64,000 nucleotides of DNA from Mobula hypostoma (lineage: Eukaryota): assembly GCF_963921235.1 (NCBI RefSeq), contig NC_086097.1:23686001-23750000 (forward strand), given 5' to 3'. Each line of letters opens with the position of its first letter. The first letter of the stretch is position 1. Of this stretch, positions 37,038-49,258 are shown in pieces. The notes beneath the pieces were generated by a model that did not search any database, was not told the DNA's origin, and saw only the letters and a program-made list of their open reading frames with translations. Both the position numbers and the translations under genes were made by a program.

Positions 37038-37521
37038 TGAACTGATGGCTAACACCCTGTTACTGCATTCTAACTCTACATCTGCAGGTGTAGTGCTTGT
37101 AAGAAAATGACATACTTGCGTGGTGCTAGCCCACATGCAGGGGGTAGTTTGAGAGTTGTACAAAAAAGTTGCAATCATGTCACAGTTCGCTGTATCTCTT
37201 TGTCTTTCTGGGTTTACATTAAGTTTCTAGGTTTGAAGTAAGGGACATATGTACATTCATTAAAAATTGTCAATGAACGTGGTGATAAATATGAAAGATT
37301 CTGCTGATGTTGGGAATTTTGAGCAGTTCACACAAAATGCTGGAGGAACTCGGCAGGTCAGGCAGCAGCTATGGAGGGGAATAAATGTTACACTGTGCAA
37401 CAAAGAAGTAACATTAATCCATTCAGACCGTTGAGACTGCTCTGCCACCATGGCAAATTTATTATCCCTCTCAATCCCATTCAACTACTTTTTCTCTGTA
37501 ACTTTTGATGCCCTTACAAAT

Positions 37522-37961
37522 CCTCGGCTTTGCCTATTGCCTGTTGCCGGGGCCGGGGTCGAAGTGCTCGGCAGAGATGATGCTCGGTGCTCGGTGTCAG
37601 AGAGCTGGTCGGAGGCTCGGAGCTTTCGGACGGACTCAGAGTCGGACTGTGGTCGGATGCTTCCAGGATGCTGCATCGGCAAGTTGGCGGCGCTGGAGGT
37701 TCACCGTTTGCGTGAGATGATGGGACTTTCAAGAGACTTTGAGACTTTTACCGTGCCCATGGTCTGTTTTTATCAAATTACAGCATTGCTTTGCACTGTT
37801 GTAACTATATGTTATAATTATGTGGTTTTTGTTAGTTTTTAAGTTGGTTTGTCATGTGTTTCTGTGATATCATTCTGGAGAAACATTGTATCATTTCTTA
37901 ATGCATGCATTACTAAATGACAATAAAAGAGGACTGCGTGTGCTCATAATCTAATCTAATC
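37522..37961 (+). mobile_element. Young CpG-rich non-coding retroposon with (TAATC)n tail, inserted in a CR1 3' end (-, ~37410-38140)
   Basis: CR1 sequence gatgcccttacaaatc resumes at aaaaaacttgtcaacc; insert ends aatgacaataaaag...ataatctaatctaatc. Confidence 0.7.
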
Positions 37962-39584
37962 AAAAAACTTGTCAACCTCGCTTTAAGTGTACCCAGTGAC
38001 TTGCCTCCACAGTCATCTGTGGCAATGAATTCCACAGATTCACCACCCTATGGCTGAAGAAATTTCTCTTCATCTCTGCTCTAAAAGGATGTCCTGATAT
38101 TTTCAGCCTGTACCTGCTGGTCCTAGACTCCCCCACTGACAGACTCACTCACTTTCAATGACTTTGCAACACATGTTCTCAGTATTATTAATCTATCTAT
38201 TTATTTATTTATTGTACTTGAACAGTGTGTCTTTTGCACATTGGCTGTTTATCAGTCTTTGTGTTTAGCTTTCCACTGATTCTATTGCATTTCTTTGTTT
38301 TGCTGTGAATGCCTGCAAGAAAATATATGGTGACCTATACACACTCGGATGATGAATTAACTTGTCGAATTTTGATCCGGTGGAAAACTTCCAGAAGAAG
38401 AGATGCAAGTAGATTGCAAACAGTTGAAGAAAAAAATAGAAACTATGAAGGCAAGGGAAGCCAAAATAATTGTGCTACTAGGAACATTTCTAGACACAAT
38501 GGGATAATCTGCAGGTTTTGACACATTTTGCAAAGGTGCTGATGCTACTGCATCAGTTACTGACGAAAGTGTGTGAAATGGAACTGGGGCAAAGAACAGA
38601 AAAAGACAAATAATGTTTGTGAGAAAAGATTGGAAAGTAAGACTATACGAGTTCATTAAGCTATAATACAGTACCTGCGTTGAAACTTGTGTGTTCTGAG
38701 TTATAAATTGGGAATTGTAATCAATCATGTAATGGTGAATGGTCAAGAAAAAAGCACAATCACCTCACATCAAGTACAGTATATTGACAGAGAGTGAGAA
38801 ACTGCTCAAATTGAGAAAGGCATTAGGAATTTTCTTTGGAGTGAAAAAATCTCATCAATTTCTATTGGGCAGAGTTTTACTTTGGTCACAGATCATAAGA
38901 CTTTATTAGTAATTTTTGGTCCCAAGTGGGTAATGTGACAATGGCTCCATCAAGAATGCAATGGTGGGCTCTTCTATTATCTCAATATGATTGCAGTGAT
39001 TGAATATAAAAGTTCGAAACAAAATGTGATTGCAGGTGATGTTGCCAAGGTGACTGTCAGAGAATTCAGAATGAGGGTGGGAATAGCCTGAAGGTACGGG
39101 AAGGTGATTTTCTGGTTTAAACAATAGAGACTGCCAGGAAGGTGTGAGAGGGCTTTAATATTCACAATGCAAGCTTCAGCAGGATGGACCGAATCCGTGT
39201 CCAGATGGAGACAAGACAATAAAATCGTTGATTGAACAGAAATAGATTTAATGAGAGCACAGGGATACCTTAACATATGTAGAGAGAAGACAAGTTTTAG
39301 AAGACCTTCACATTGAACATTCTATTTTTTTTGCTTGAGCATGAAGCAATAAACAGGTATTGTGTAACTTGGCCTAAATTAGAAAAAAAATCTTGAGCTA
39401 GTCACGTTATCTGTTCAGAATGCCAAATGAAAGCACCTTTGCAGAGTTGGAAATTACCATGGCAATATTTTCAATGAGTGTGAGAAAGGGATTTATAATT
39501 TCATAGTACTCAGAGTGATTCAAGATTAAGGAAAAGAGTCTTTGAAGACTGCAACCTACAGGTTCAAACACAACTTTTGGTAAG

Positions 39585-40265
39585 TAGTTGAGTTGTTCTT
39601 CCTACATTACTGTATGGAGCTGAATCATGGACCACCTACAGTAGGCACCAGTAAGGATGGCAACAATATACACCAAAAAGCCTTTTTTTTAGAAACATAG
39701 GAAACCTTCAGCACAGTACAGGTCCTTCAGCCCACAATGCTGTGCCAAACATGTACTTACTTTCAAAACTATGGGGGTTACCCATAGCCCTCTATTTTTC
39801 TGATGCCTGATGAAAAATTTTGTGGATTATTTGGAAAGACAGATGCACTAACACCAGCATCTCCACCATGTTAAAGCACTACCAACTCTAATGACATGTT
39901 ATCCAGATGCCTAACTCACATCTCCCCAAATAAATCTTTTTTATTCCCAGTTTAATGAAGGTCAGCCAGCCCCTGGAGGGCAAAGGAAATACTTCAAACC
40001 TTGCATTAAAATTCAACATTACACCTAAAAACTGGGAAGACCTTGCACTCAGTAGCTACACCTGGAGGAAGTCTGTTCAAGAGAGAACTGTGCTGCATGA
40101 AAATGACCTCCCCCATGCTGCAGAGAACATGTGGCAACTGTGAAAGGCAGCTTTTGCCTACACTGCACCAGAACATCCTGGATCAGCCTTTACAGCCACT
40201 TGAGGACCCACCAACCCCTTAGGAGAACATCATACTCGACTCAAGTGATCGCACCACTGCTACTA
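39585..40265 (+). mobile_element. RTE-clade LINE 3' fragment with a short CR1 3' end nested at ~39690-39802
   Basis: LPTLLYGAESWTTYSRH at 39598; ISLYSHLRTH at 40182; 3' end catcatactcgactcaagtgatcgcaccactgctact. Confidence 0.82.
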
Positions 40266-40449
40266 GGAGAATATCAATCAGAATGGATCCAGGTCCCAGT
40301 ATAACAGAACGTGCAACTGAGGTACTGAGACCCACTTCCTCATGCCATGTCTAAACAGAAGAACTTATCTCAGATAACCTTGCTCTGTTTCTTCATTTCA
40401 ATTTGGCAATTTAAGAAAACAAAACAGTCTTGAGCATTTCATCACCATT

Positions 40450-41335
40450 TTGGTGAATGCAAATACAATGTTAACATAAATTTTGAGAGAACTGGAATAT
40501 AAAAGCGAAGTTTTATACTATTACCTGTTGAATGTTGAAAGGCCTCAAGATATGAAGAGGATGTTTCATATAGTGGGAGAGTCTAAGACCAGAGGACATA
40601 GCCTCAAAATGGAGGGATGTCTATTTAGAATGGAGATGAGGAGAAATTTCTTCAGCCAGAGAGTGGTGAATCTGTGGAATTCATTGCCAGAGGCAGCTGT
40701 GGAAGCCAAGTCATTGAGTATAATTAAGGCAGAGTTTGAAAGATTCTTGATTGATCAGGGCACGGAGCAGACTTGATGGGTCAAATTGCCTAATTCTGCT
40801 CCTATATCTTATAGTCGTATGATCTCAGGTAATGCTGAAGTTTTGTGACCCATAAAGGACCTGGTGGCATTGGAGAGGGTCGAGAGGAGGTTCACAAGAA
40901 TGAAGAGGTTAGCGTATGAGGAATATTTGATGGCTCTGGATCTGTACTTGATTGAAACTTATTGAATATTAAAATTAGACGTGGAGAGGATGTTTCCAAT
41001 AGTGGGGGAGTCTTGGACCAGAGGGCACAGCCTCAGAACGCAAGGACCTCACTTTAGAACAAATATGAGGAGAAACCGGAGCACCCGTGGAAAACCCACA
41101 CATTCCTTGGGGAAGAAGTACAGACTCCTTAGTGATGACATTGGAATTGAACTCTGAATTCTAATGCCCTAAGCTGCAATAGTGTTGTGCTAATCATGGC
41201 ACCAAGGTGTCTAATGTTCCAGGGAGAACGCAGGAGATTAGGATTGAGAGGGAAGATAAATCAGTCACATTTGAATGGTGGAGCCGACTTGATAAACCAA
41301 ATAGCTTAATTCTGCTCTTATGTCTTATGGTATTG
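40450..41335 (+). mobile_element. Two tandem CR1 3' fragments, the second with a nested V-SINE (-, ~41070-41205)
   Basis: MFHIVGESKTRGHSLKMEG..FRMEMRRNFFSQRVVNLWNSLP; gaaaccggagcacccgtggaaaaccca. Confidence 0.85.
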
Positions 41336-42134
41336 TGGTGTTACCATTTCAGGCACCAGATGGTGCTGCTGAGAGATTTGTGAGTTTTCAGACAGAGAAA
41401 ACAATCTGTGTAAAGGTGTACAACTTTAAGGTTAAGAAACTTTTTGCTGAGCATTAGGATGGCAATACATTCCATGATGGGATATAGTTCTGATAAATTA
41501 CTAATGCATTGAAGACCTGATCGAATATAGTTCAGCTAAATCTTTTGAAGAGGGTGGAAGAAAGGCAATTGAGATAGAAATGAAATTATTATTCAACTGC
41601 TGAAAGAAACAATTAAAACAACATATTAGAGTTTGAATGTTAATTCCCCCTAGTAAACCCACCATTCAGAAATGGTATATTGGACTGAGAGTATATGGAC
41701 CAGTAAATGGATACCTCATTGAAATAGGAGATAAAATGACATGCTTACATTTAAGTCTTTTAATTACAACAAGAGATTTACCAGGAAATAGAATGATTGT
41801 ATTCTAGAAGCTAATCCAGAAGAAATAGCCCAAAATGCTACTGAACTGGGTGAAGAAGAGAATTCATGATACAATCTTCTTTGAGGAAATCTAAGCCACT
41901 TGGAAGTTTGGGAGTAGGTTAAATCTTTGAGTGATATGTATTATTTTCTTTTGTCCCAAAGGTGTTGCTCCATTGAGTTCCTCCAGCAGATTGTTTGTTG
42001 CTTCAGATTCCAACATCGGTAGTCTTGTGTCTATATTAGCTTGTCCATTATCCTTGTGTGCTGGGATCTGCCATTGTAATGGATGGTGATGTTCTTGGAG
42101 CATCCTCCATCTATTAGATATTAGTTATTAGTTA

Positions 42135-42440
42135 GGATGGCATGCTAGTGTAGCAGTTAACGTAACACCTTACAGCATCAGCTGTAGGATCGGAGTTCGA
42201 TTCCTGCTGCTGTCTGTAAAAAGTTTGTATGTTCTACCCGTGACCTCATGGGTTTCTTCAGGGTGCTCCAGTTTCTTCCCAATTCCAAAGGTGTATGGGT
42301 TAGCATTATTAAATAGTGAACAGGCCATCTTGGTGATAGAATCATTGCGAAGCTTACTTGCTGATTTGATTGGACACAAATGATGCATTTCACTGTATGT
42401 TTTGATGTACATGTGATAAATAAAGGCAGTCTTTAATCTT
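42135..42440 (+). mobile_element. HE1-like tRNA/V-SINE
   Basis: tagtgtagcagtt A box, ggagttcgattcc B box, V-domain tgggtttcttcagggtgctccagtttcttccca; tail aataaaggcagtctttaatctt. Confidence 0.8.
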
Positions 42441-42699
42441 CATCTTTATGTAAATAGCTACTGCCATTCAAAAGTAGGAGCTTTGATATGATCTGCTGAT
42501 TCTTAAGGGTGTTTCATCCTGTGTGTTCCTGTGTGTTCTGTGTGTTCTTGAGGTGTTGGGCCTATTCACTCTGGATTCCAGACACCTGCAGTCTGCTGAG
42601 TTCCCAAGCCTGATCTTTCACTTAGGATGTAAGACACTGAGGCACTCTTTGTGTAAATGCAGGAGAAGATCTTCTCAGGGCTCCATCTAGCAGATTGTT

Positions 42700-43165
42700 G
42701 AAAGCAAGGTCCAACCACATTGAAGTCAGGGCCATGAAAAGCTCATCCATGCCTCTATTTCCCCAGGAGGTTAAACTAATTCGGTGTGCTCACGTCATCT
42801 CTTAACCGATTTGTATCAGTGCACCATTCTGTCTGGGTGCACAATGGTTTACTATGACAATTGCTCTGCCCTGAACTCAAGAAACTGCAGAGAGTTGTGG
42901 ACACACCTCAGCACAATCACAGGAACCACCCTCCCATCTATGGACTCTGTCTTTCTTTCTTGCTACCCCAAGCAGCCAGCATAATCAAAGACCCCACCCA
43001 CTTCTTTACACTTCATCATTTACCTGTATTGCACTTGTTTTGGTGGCTTTTACACCGTATTTTGCACTATTATTTTACTTTATTCTACTGAAGCTGAATG
43101 TACTGTGTAATGATTTGATCTGTATGAACAGCATATAAGACAAGCTTTTCACCATACATGTGACC
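42700..43165 (+). mobile_element. Rex1-type 3' fragment
   Basis: LTDLYQCTILSGCTMVYYDNCSA; KKLQRVV...AASIIKDPTH. Confidence 0.8.
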
Positions 43166-43689
43166 AAAATAAACCAAGACCTAATAAATTTTCTCCTCAT
43201 GTTAACCAAAAACTGCCCTAGTTCATATTATTATATTTTTAAAAGAAGTTACTTGTTCAATGAAGTTTGCCTAATAATAAACTTATTGATTAAACTAATA
43301 GCCCAATGAAGTGCAGTCAGATTCAGCAACAGCAAGACTGCATATACTGATGTAATGAAGATCTCAGGACGAGTGAAGCCACTCATTGCATAACTCTCAG
43401 GCATGCTTTTTATTAGACTCCTACTTTCATCCTGTGTATCCCTAAACACTTATCTTGGTGTTTGATGTGGAGCCAGACCCAGATGAACAGCAATTAGATG
43501 TGGTAGTGGGAATATGGAAAAGTTGATCTATTGAGAGAATGGAATGAAATGAATGTAATGGTGCTGTTATGCGTAAAAGTTAAATCCTTGTCGGTCACTC
43601 CAGTCAGTTTTCTCACCCCGTCTCACCTTCTCCATCCAATGTTTCTTTCCAAGGGTGCTGTAAGAATCATTGAGGTCTCTCCGCACTCC

Positions 43690-45040
43690 ATCCAAGGCAA
43701 ATACCAGGAGTGCTGCTTTCACAGAGCCCTCAGTATTATAAAGGACCCTTCCCATCCGCCCCACAGTCTCTTTGACCTCCTACCATCAGGCAGAAGGTAC
43801 CACTGTATTGGATCAATGACTGTTAGGCTGGATAACAGCTTCTTCCCCCAAGATCTGAAAGCCCTGAACCTCTTCCACCAAGTACACATTATCTATGTCA
43901 GTGACAGTAGCATTACACTGTTGTATATTTAACTATAGATCACATATGCACTTTATGTTGACTTGTACATTTATAGAATATTCTTTATTTGTTAATATTA
44001 TTTTATGAGCTGTCTATGATATGTCAAGTCAAGTCACTTTTTATTGTCATTTTGACCATAACTGCTGGTACAGTACACAGTAAAAACGAGACAACGTTTT
44101 TCAGGACCATGGTGCTACATGACACAATGCAAAAACTACACTGAAATACGTAAAACAACACAAAAACTACACTAGACTACAGACCTAACCAGGACTGCAT
44201 AAAGTGCACAAAACAGTGCAGGCATTACAATAAATAATAAACAAGACAATAGGCACAGTAGAGGGCAGTAGGTTGGTGTCAGTCCAGGCTCTGGGTATTG
44301 AGGGGCCTGATGGCTTGGGGGAAGAAACTGTTACATAGTCTGGTTGTGAGAGCTCAGATGCTTCGGTGCCTTTTGCCAGATGGCAGGAGGGAGAAGAGTT
44401 TGTATGAGGGGTGTGTGGGGTCCTTCATAATGCTGTTTGCTTTACGGATGCAGTGTGTGGTATAAATGTCTGTAATGGTGGGAAGAGAGAACTTGATGAT
44501 CTTCTCAGCTGACCTCACTATCCGCTGCAGAGTCTTGCGATCCAAGATGGTGCAATTTCCGAATGAGGTTGTGATACAGCTGCTCAGGATGCTCTCAATA
44601 CAACCTCTGTAGAATGCGGTGAGGAAGGAGGGTGGGAGATGGACTTTTCTCAGCCTTCGCAGAAAGTAGAGATACTGCTGGGCTTTCTTGGCTATGGAGC
44701 TGGTGTTGAGGGACCAGGTGAGATTCTCCACCAGGTGAACACCAAGAAATTTGGTGCTCTTAACGATCTCTACAGAGGAGTCATCGATGTTCAGCGGAAA
44801 GTGGTCACTCCGTGTCCTCCTGAAGTCAACAACCATCTCTTTTGTTTTGTTCACATTCAGAGACAGGTTGTTGGCTCTGCACCAGTCCGTTAGCCGCTGC
44901 ACCTCCTCTCTGTATGCTGACTCATCAGTCTTGCTGATGAGACCCACGATGCTGTGCTTTGCACCTTGGTCCCCGAGGAACATGGTTTCATTTATCTGTA
45001 CATTTGCACGCCGTTGAATGATAATGAACTTGAACTTGAA
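43690..45040 (+). mobile_element. Rex1-type 3' end hosting an antisense Rex insertion
   Basis: RALSIIKDPSHPPHSLFDLLPSGRRY; tail (TTGAAC)n at ~45025-45040. Confidence 0.75.
44024..44950 (-). mobile_element. Young Rex1/Babar-type LINE, 5'-truncated, (GACTT)n tail
   Basis: 209-aa ORF IVGLISKTDESAYREEVQRLTDWCRANNLSLNVNKTKEMVVDFRR...IMKDPTHP. Confidence 0.92.
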
Positions 45041-45689
45041 GTAACAGAGCTACTGTACAATCATTTAAAATAAAGAGCTCTTGTTTCGGTATCAGTAGAT
45101 TGACAATCCACACACTGCTGGCTTTGCACTGTCATTACTAAAGCGAAGAAACATCCAGTGTAGAAATTGATAAGCCATGTAATACAACAGAGTGACAATG
45201 ATCGCTGTATGTACCTGTGTAAACAGAGTGATGATGGATGAGTAGCAGAACGTTTTAACGTCTTTTATCTCTGCTCTGTAGGTATCACTCCCTTGTACAT
45301 GTGTTCAAATCATCACCATGCGATATGTCAGAAACCCAAAGACTGAGTGAATATGAGAACTCGTGAGAGTAAGAGTTAACTGTTCTTAATTGATTGATCT
45401 TGTTTGCAGCTGTCTGCCTTCTTCACATCTCCTTCCCTGAAACATTGCCAGTATATTCTGATTCCATTATTATAACCAATGGTGCTGACAGCAAATCTCA
45501 TGGAATTCACAATTCATGTTCCTTCAAAGTCTTTGGCTATTGACTCTGAAATATATTAAACATTAATATGTTAAATGTATTAAACATGTCATGGTGTTTA
45601 TGACTGACCCTTCACAAAATAAGGAAGACTAGAATCCAAAAGGAGGATGACTAGAGCGAGGGTAGGACCAATGAGGGTTAAAAGAGGGA

Positions 45690-46090
45690 AATTATTGTCA
45701 CCATATACAACTCTGAGATTAATTTTTTGTAGGCATTCGCAGTGAATACAAAGAAACACAATAGAATCAATGAAAACTAATGTGCAAAAAACAATTGTGT
45801 GAATACAAAAAAGGGGAGAGAAATAAATAAACAAACAAACAGACAAACAAACAAAGAAGCAATAAGTATTGAGGACGCGAGATGTAGAGTCCTTAAAATG
45901 AGTCCATAGGTTGTGGAATCAGTTCAGTGTTGGGGTGAATGAAGTTTGTCCCTCTGGTTCCAGAGCCTGACGGTTGAGGGGTAATGACTGTTCCTGAGCC
46001 TGCTGGTCTGAGTCCTGAGTCCTGAGTCTCCTGTACCACCTTCCTGATAAAGCAGAGAGAAGAGTGCATGACCTGTGTCGTGGGGGTTCT
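45690..46090 (-). mobile_element. Rex1-type 3' end
   Basis: NPHDTGHALFSLL...SRLRNSHYPSTVRL. Confidence 0.75.
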
Positions 46091-46589
46091 GATGCTTTTG
46101 TGATCCTAATATTCTTTGAATTTCAAGAATGAGGCATAAAACTTGTTCCAAGCAATTTTATTAAGTGCTACAAAAACAAAGAATAAACAAAAAAGGCAAG
46201 CTGAGAGAGCAAAGAGTAGACAAGGAAAAAGTAGTCATGGTTGTCTCATACTCAGACTTGAGATATCAAAATTCCAGTGATAACTGTTAACTTTTAAATC
46301 CCAATGAAGGGACTCGCCAAAATGTTGACTTTTTATTTATTTCCATAGAAGCTGCCTGACCTGTTAAATTCTTCCAGCATTTTGCGTGTGAAACTGGTAA
46401 AATAGCCAGATCCACATGCCGTGACATCTGCTACAGAAAACTGAGAAGCTTCTAGAAAATTATTAAAGCAACTGTTCCATAATTGCTAGAAAATTCACAA
46501 CTACATGTACTTATGTGATTGTATAAAAATGCAAGAAAGCATAGGAGGGTTAAACTACCATGAAAAATAACTATTCTCCACCCCAAACC

Positions 46590-47830
46590 AACAATGTGCC
46601 TGGAGATGGAGGAGGTATGGCAAGTCTTTAGTGAATATTTTGCCTCACTATTCACCAGTGAGAGGGACCCAGATAAACATGAGGACAGTGTAGAACAAGC
46701 TGATGTGTGGAAACGTGTCAAAGGTTGGAGGGTGGCAAATGTTATTCCTTTGTTCAAGAGAGGTCATAAGGATAACCATGGAGATTAAAGACCAGTGGAT
46801 GTTTTGACAGCGGTGGACCAACTGCTGGAGAGGATTCTCAGAGACAGGATCTGTGAGCATTTCAAGAAGCATAGTCTGATTAGGGATAGCCAGCATGGCT
46901 TTGTGAGGGGAAGTCCATGCCTTACAAAACTGTTTGAATTCTTTGAAGATGTGACAAGACTAATTGATGAAGGTAGAAGAAAGGATGCAGTGTATATGGG
47001 TTTTAGGAAGGTGTTTGACAGGGTTCACTGGGTAAGCCCATACAGAAAGATAGGAGGCATGGCGTCCAGGCGACTTGGCTGTGTGGTACAAGACTGGTTT
47101 GACCATAAAAGGCAGAGGGTGGTTGTAGATGGAGCATATTCTGCCTGGAGGTAGATAACTTCTACCATAGGTCAGAACAGAACTATCTGTTCTGGGACAC
47201 CAGCTCTTTGAGATTATTAATAAATTACTTAGTTGGGGAAGTGCAAGGGTGGCTTGGTAAGTTTGCAGATGACACAAAGTTCGGCGATGTCGATAGCTTA
47301 GATGATTGTCATGAGTTGCAGCAGAACACTCACAAGATGCAGAACTGCACTGAGAAGTGGTAGGTGAAGTTTAATTTGGAAAAGTGTGAAGTGATTCACT
47401 TTGGAAGATCAAACTTAAAGACAAGTTAATGGCAGGATACTTGGCAGGTGGAGGACCAGAGGGATCTTGGGAATCACATCCATAGCTCCTCAAAGTCGCT
47501 GAACATTCATAGGGTGGTTAAGAAGGTGTATGATGTGTTGGTTCACATTAGATAGGACATTGAGTTCAAGAGCAACAAGGTAATGGTGCAGCTCTGTAAA
47601 ACTCTGGTTCGTCCACACTTGGAATATCGTGTTCATTTCTGCGTACCTCGTTATTGGAAGGATGTGGAAGCTTTGGAGAGGGTGCAGAGGAAATTTATCA
47701 TGCTGCTGCCTAGATTAGAGAGCATGTCTTGTGAGGAAAGTTTGAACAAAATAAGTCTTTTCTGCTGGAGTGAAGGAGGATGAAATATGACTTTATGAGG
47801 GGTGTGTTGTTTTATTTTCTATGTTCTAAA
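46590..47830 (+). mobile_element. CR1 ORF2 (RT) fragment with internal deletions
   Basis: WRVANVIPLFKRG; SQHGFVRGSPCLTKLFEFFEDVT..IDEG; KFADDTK at ~47258; LVRPHLEY. Confidence 0.92.
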
Positions 47831-48589
47831 ATCATTATTCACAGTGGCAGTCTTCTGGCAGTAGTAATACCTTTTTGCCAAATGTATATTTCTGTTCATT
47901 GAAGCCCTAGACTGGTGTTCATTCCACTATTGGCAAAATAGTTTGGAATTTCAGAACTAAAATTATGCAGCTAGATCCTTCTAGCCTCACTGATGTTGAT
48001 TTTCTGGTCTCTTCCACGGATTGGAGTTGAGAATTTATAGCTGCCAATCCACTGAAAATAATCTCAGGCAAACAGCCTCCAGTTGGCCTGAAGGTTGCTA
48101 CTCACTGTTGGCGATGAAAGGGCAGAATTTGAATCAGAATCAGGTTCATTATCACTGACATATGTTGCAGAATTTTTTTGTTTTATGGCAAGAGAACAGT
48201 GGAAGACATTAAAAAAATTACTATAAGTTAGAGAATAAATAAATAGTGCAAAAGACAAATAAATCATGAGATTATGGACCATTCATAAGTCTGATGGCGG
48301 AGGGGAAGAAGGTGTTACTAAAACATTGAGCGGTGCACACAAAATGCTGGAGAAACACAACAAGCTAGGCAGCATCTTTGGAAAGGAATAATCATTTGAC
48401 ATTTTAGGCCAAGAGCCTTTATCAGTGAATAAGATAGATGCTGCCTGTGCTGAGTCAAGATCTCCAGCATGATCAGCGTATCTTGTGTTCCTCAAACATT
48501 GACTGTGGGTCTTCATGCCTGGCATCTCCTTCCTAATGGTAGTAATGTGTCGAGGTCATCTACTGGCAAGACAGGGTTTTTAATCATGA

Positions 48590-49258
48590 CTCATCCGGTG
48601 CGGCCTCCTCTACATCGGTGAGACCCGACGCAGATTGGGGGACCACTTCGTCGAGCACCTCCGCTCCATCCGCCAGAACAGACAGGATCTCCCGGTTGCC
48701 ACCCACTTCAACACTGTTTCCCACTCCCATTCAGATATGTCCAGACATGGCCTCCTCTACTGCCATGATGAGGCCAAACTCAGGTTGGAGGAGCAACACC
48801 TCATATAACATCTGGGTAGTCTTCAGCCCCTTGGCATGAACATAGAATTCTCCAACTTCTGGTAATTCCCTCCCCCCCTCCCCCTATCCCAGTTTCACTC
48901 TGCCCCCTCCTCCAGCTGCCTATCACCTCCCTCATGGTTCCACCTCCTTCTACTACTTATTGTGCTTTCCCCTGTTCCTTCTTCACCTTTCCCGCCTATC
49001 CTCTCCCTGCTTTCCCTCCCCCACCCCTTTATCTTTCCCCTTACTGGTTTTTCACCTGGCACCTACCAGCCTTCTCCTTCCCACCCTCCCCCACTTTCTT
49101 TATAGGGCCCCTGCCCCCTCCCTCTTCAGCCCTGACAAAGGATCTCAGCCCGAAGCGTTGACTGTTCGTTTCCATGGATGCTGCCCGACCTGCTGAGTTC
49201 CTCCAGCGTGTTGTGCGTGTCGCTTTGACCCCAGCATCTGCAGAGTATTTTGTGTTTA
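48590..49258 (+). mobile_element. Penelope-like element 3' part: GIY-YIG endonuclease remnant, pyrimidine-rich UTR and terminal repeat
   Basis: Frame from 48599: CGLLYIGETRRRLGDHFVEHLRSI...PVATHFN...RLEEQHLI*HLGSLQPLGMNIEFSNFW* (internal stop 48806, end 48865); degenerate hammerhead at ~49127-49164. Confidence 0.92.

Larger units (their letters stand above)
38375..41880 (+). mobile_element. Highly decayed Ty3/Gypsy pol fossil (RT thumb, RNase H, integrase), fragmented
   Basis: LHQLL 38548, KWNWGKEQ 38576, AQIEK 38804, LGIFFGVKKSHQFLLGR 38823, FTLVTDHKTLLVIFGPK 38876, SRMQWWALLLSQYD ~38950, WPKLEK/CSECQ 39370-39426, SEWIQV 40278, EELISDN 40358, DGAAERFV 41359, RLRNFLLSIR..HS..GYS 41429. Confidence 0.85.

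Noticed and set aside
44354..44983. Longest ORF (209 aa) as a host gene
   Set aside because: C-terminal part of a Rex1-type RT; the N-terminus comes from flanking repeat
45281..45368. Strong-looking + acceptor (tcttttatctctgctctgtAG) with a nearby GT
   Set aside because: No recognisable peptide in any frame and weak donors
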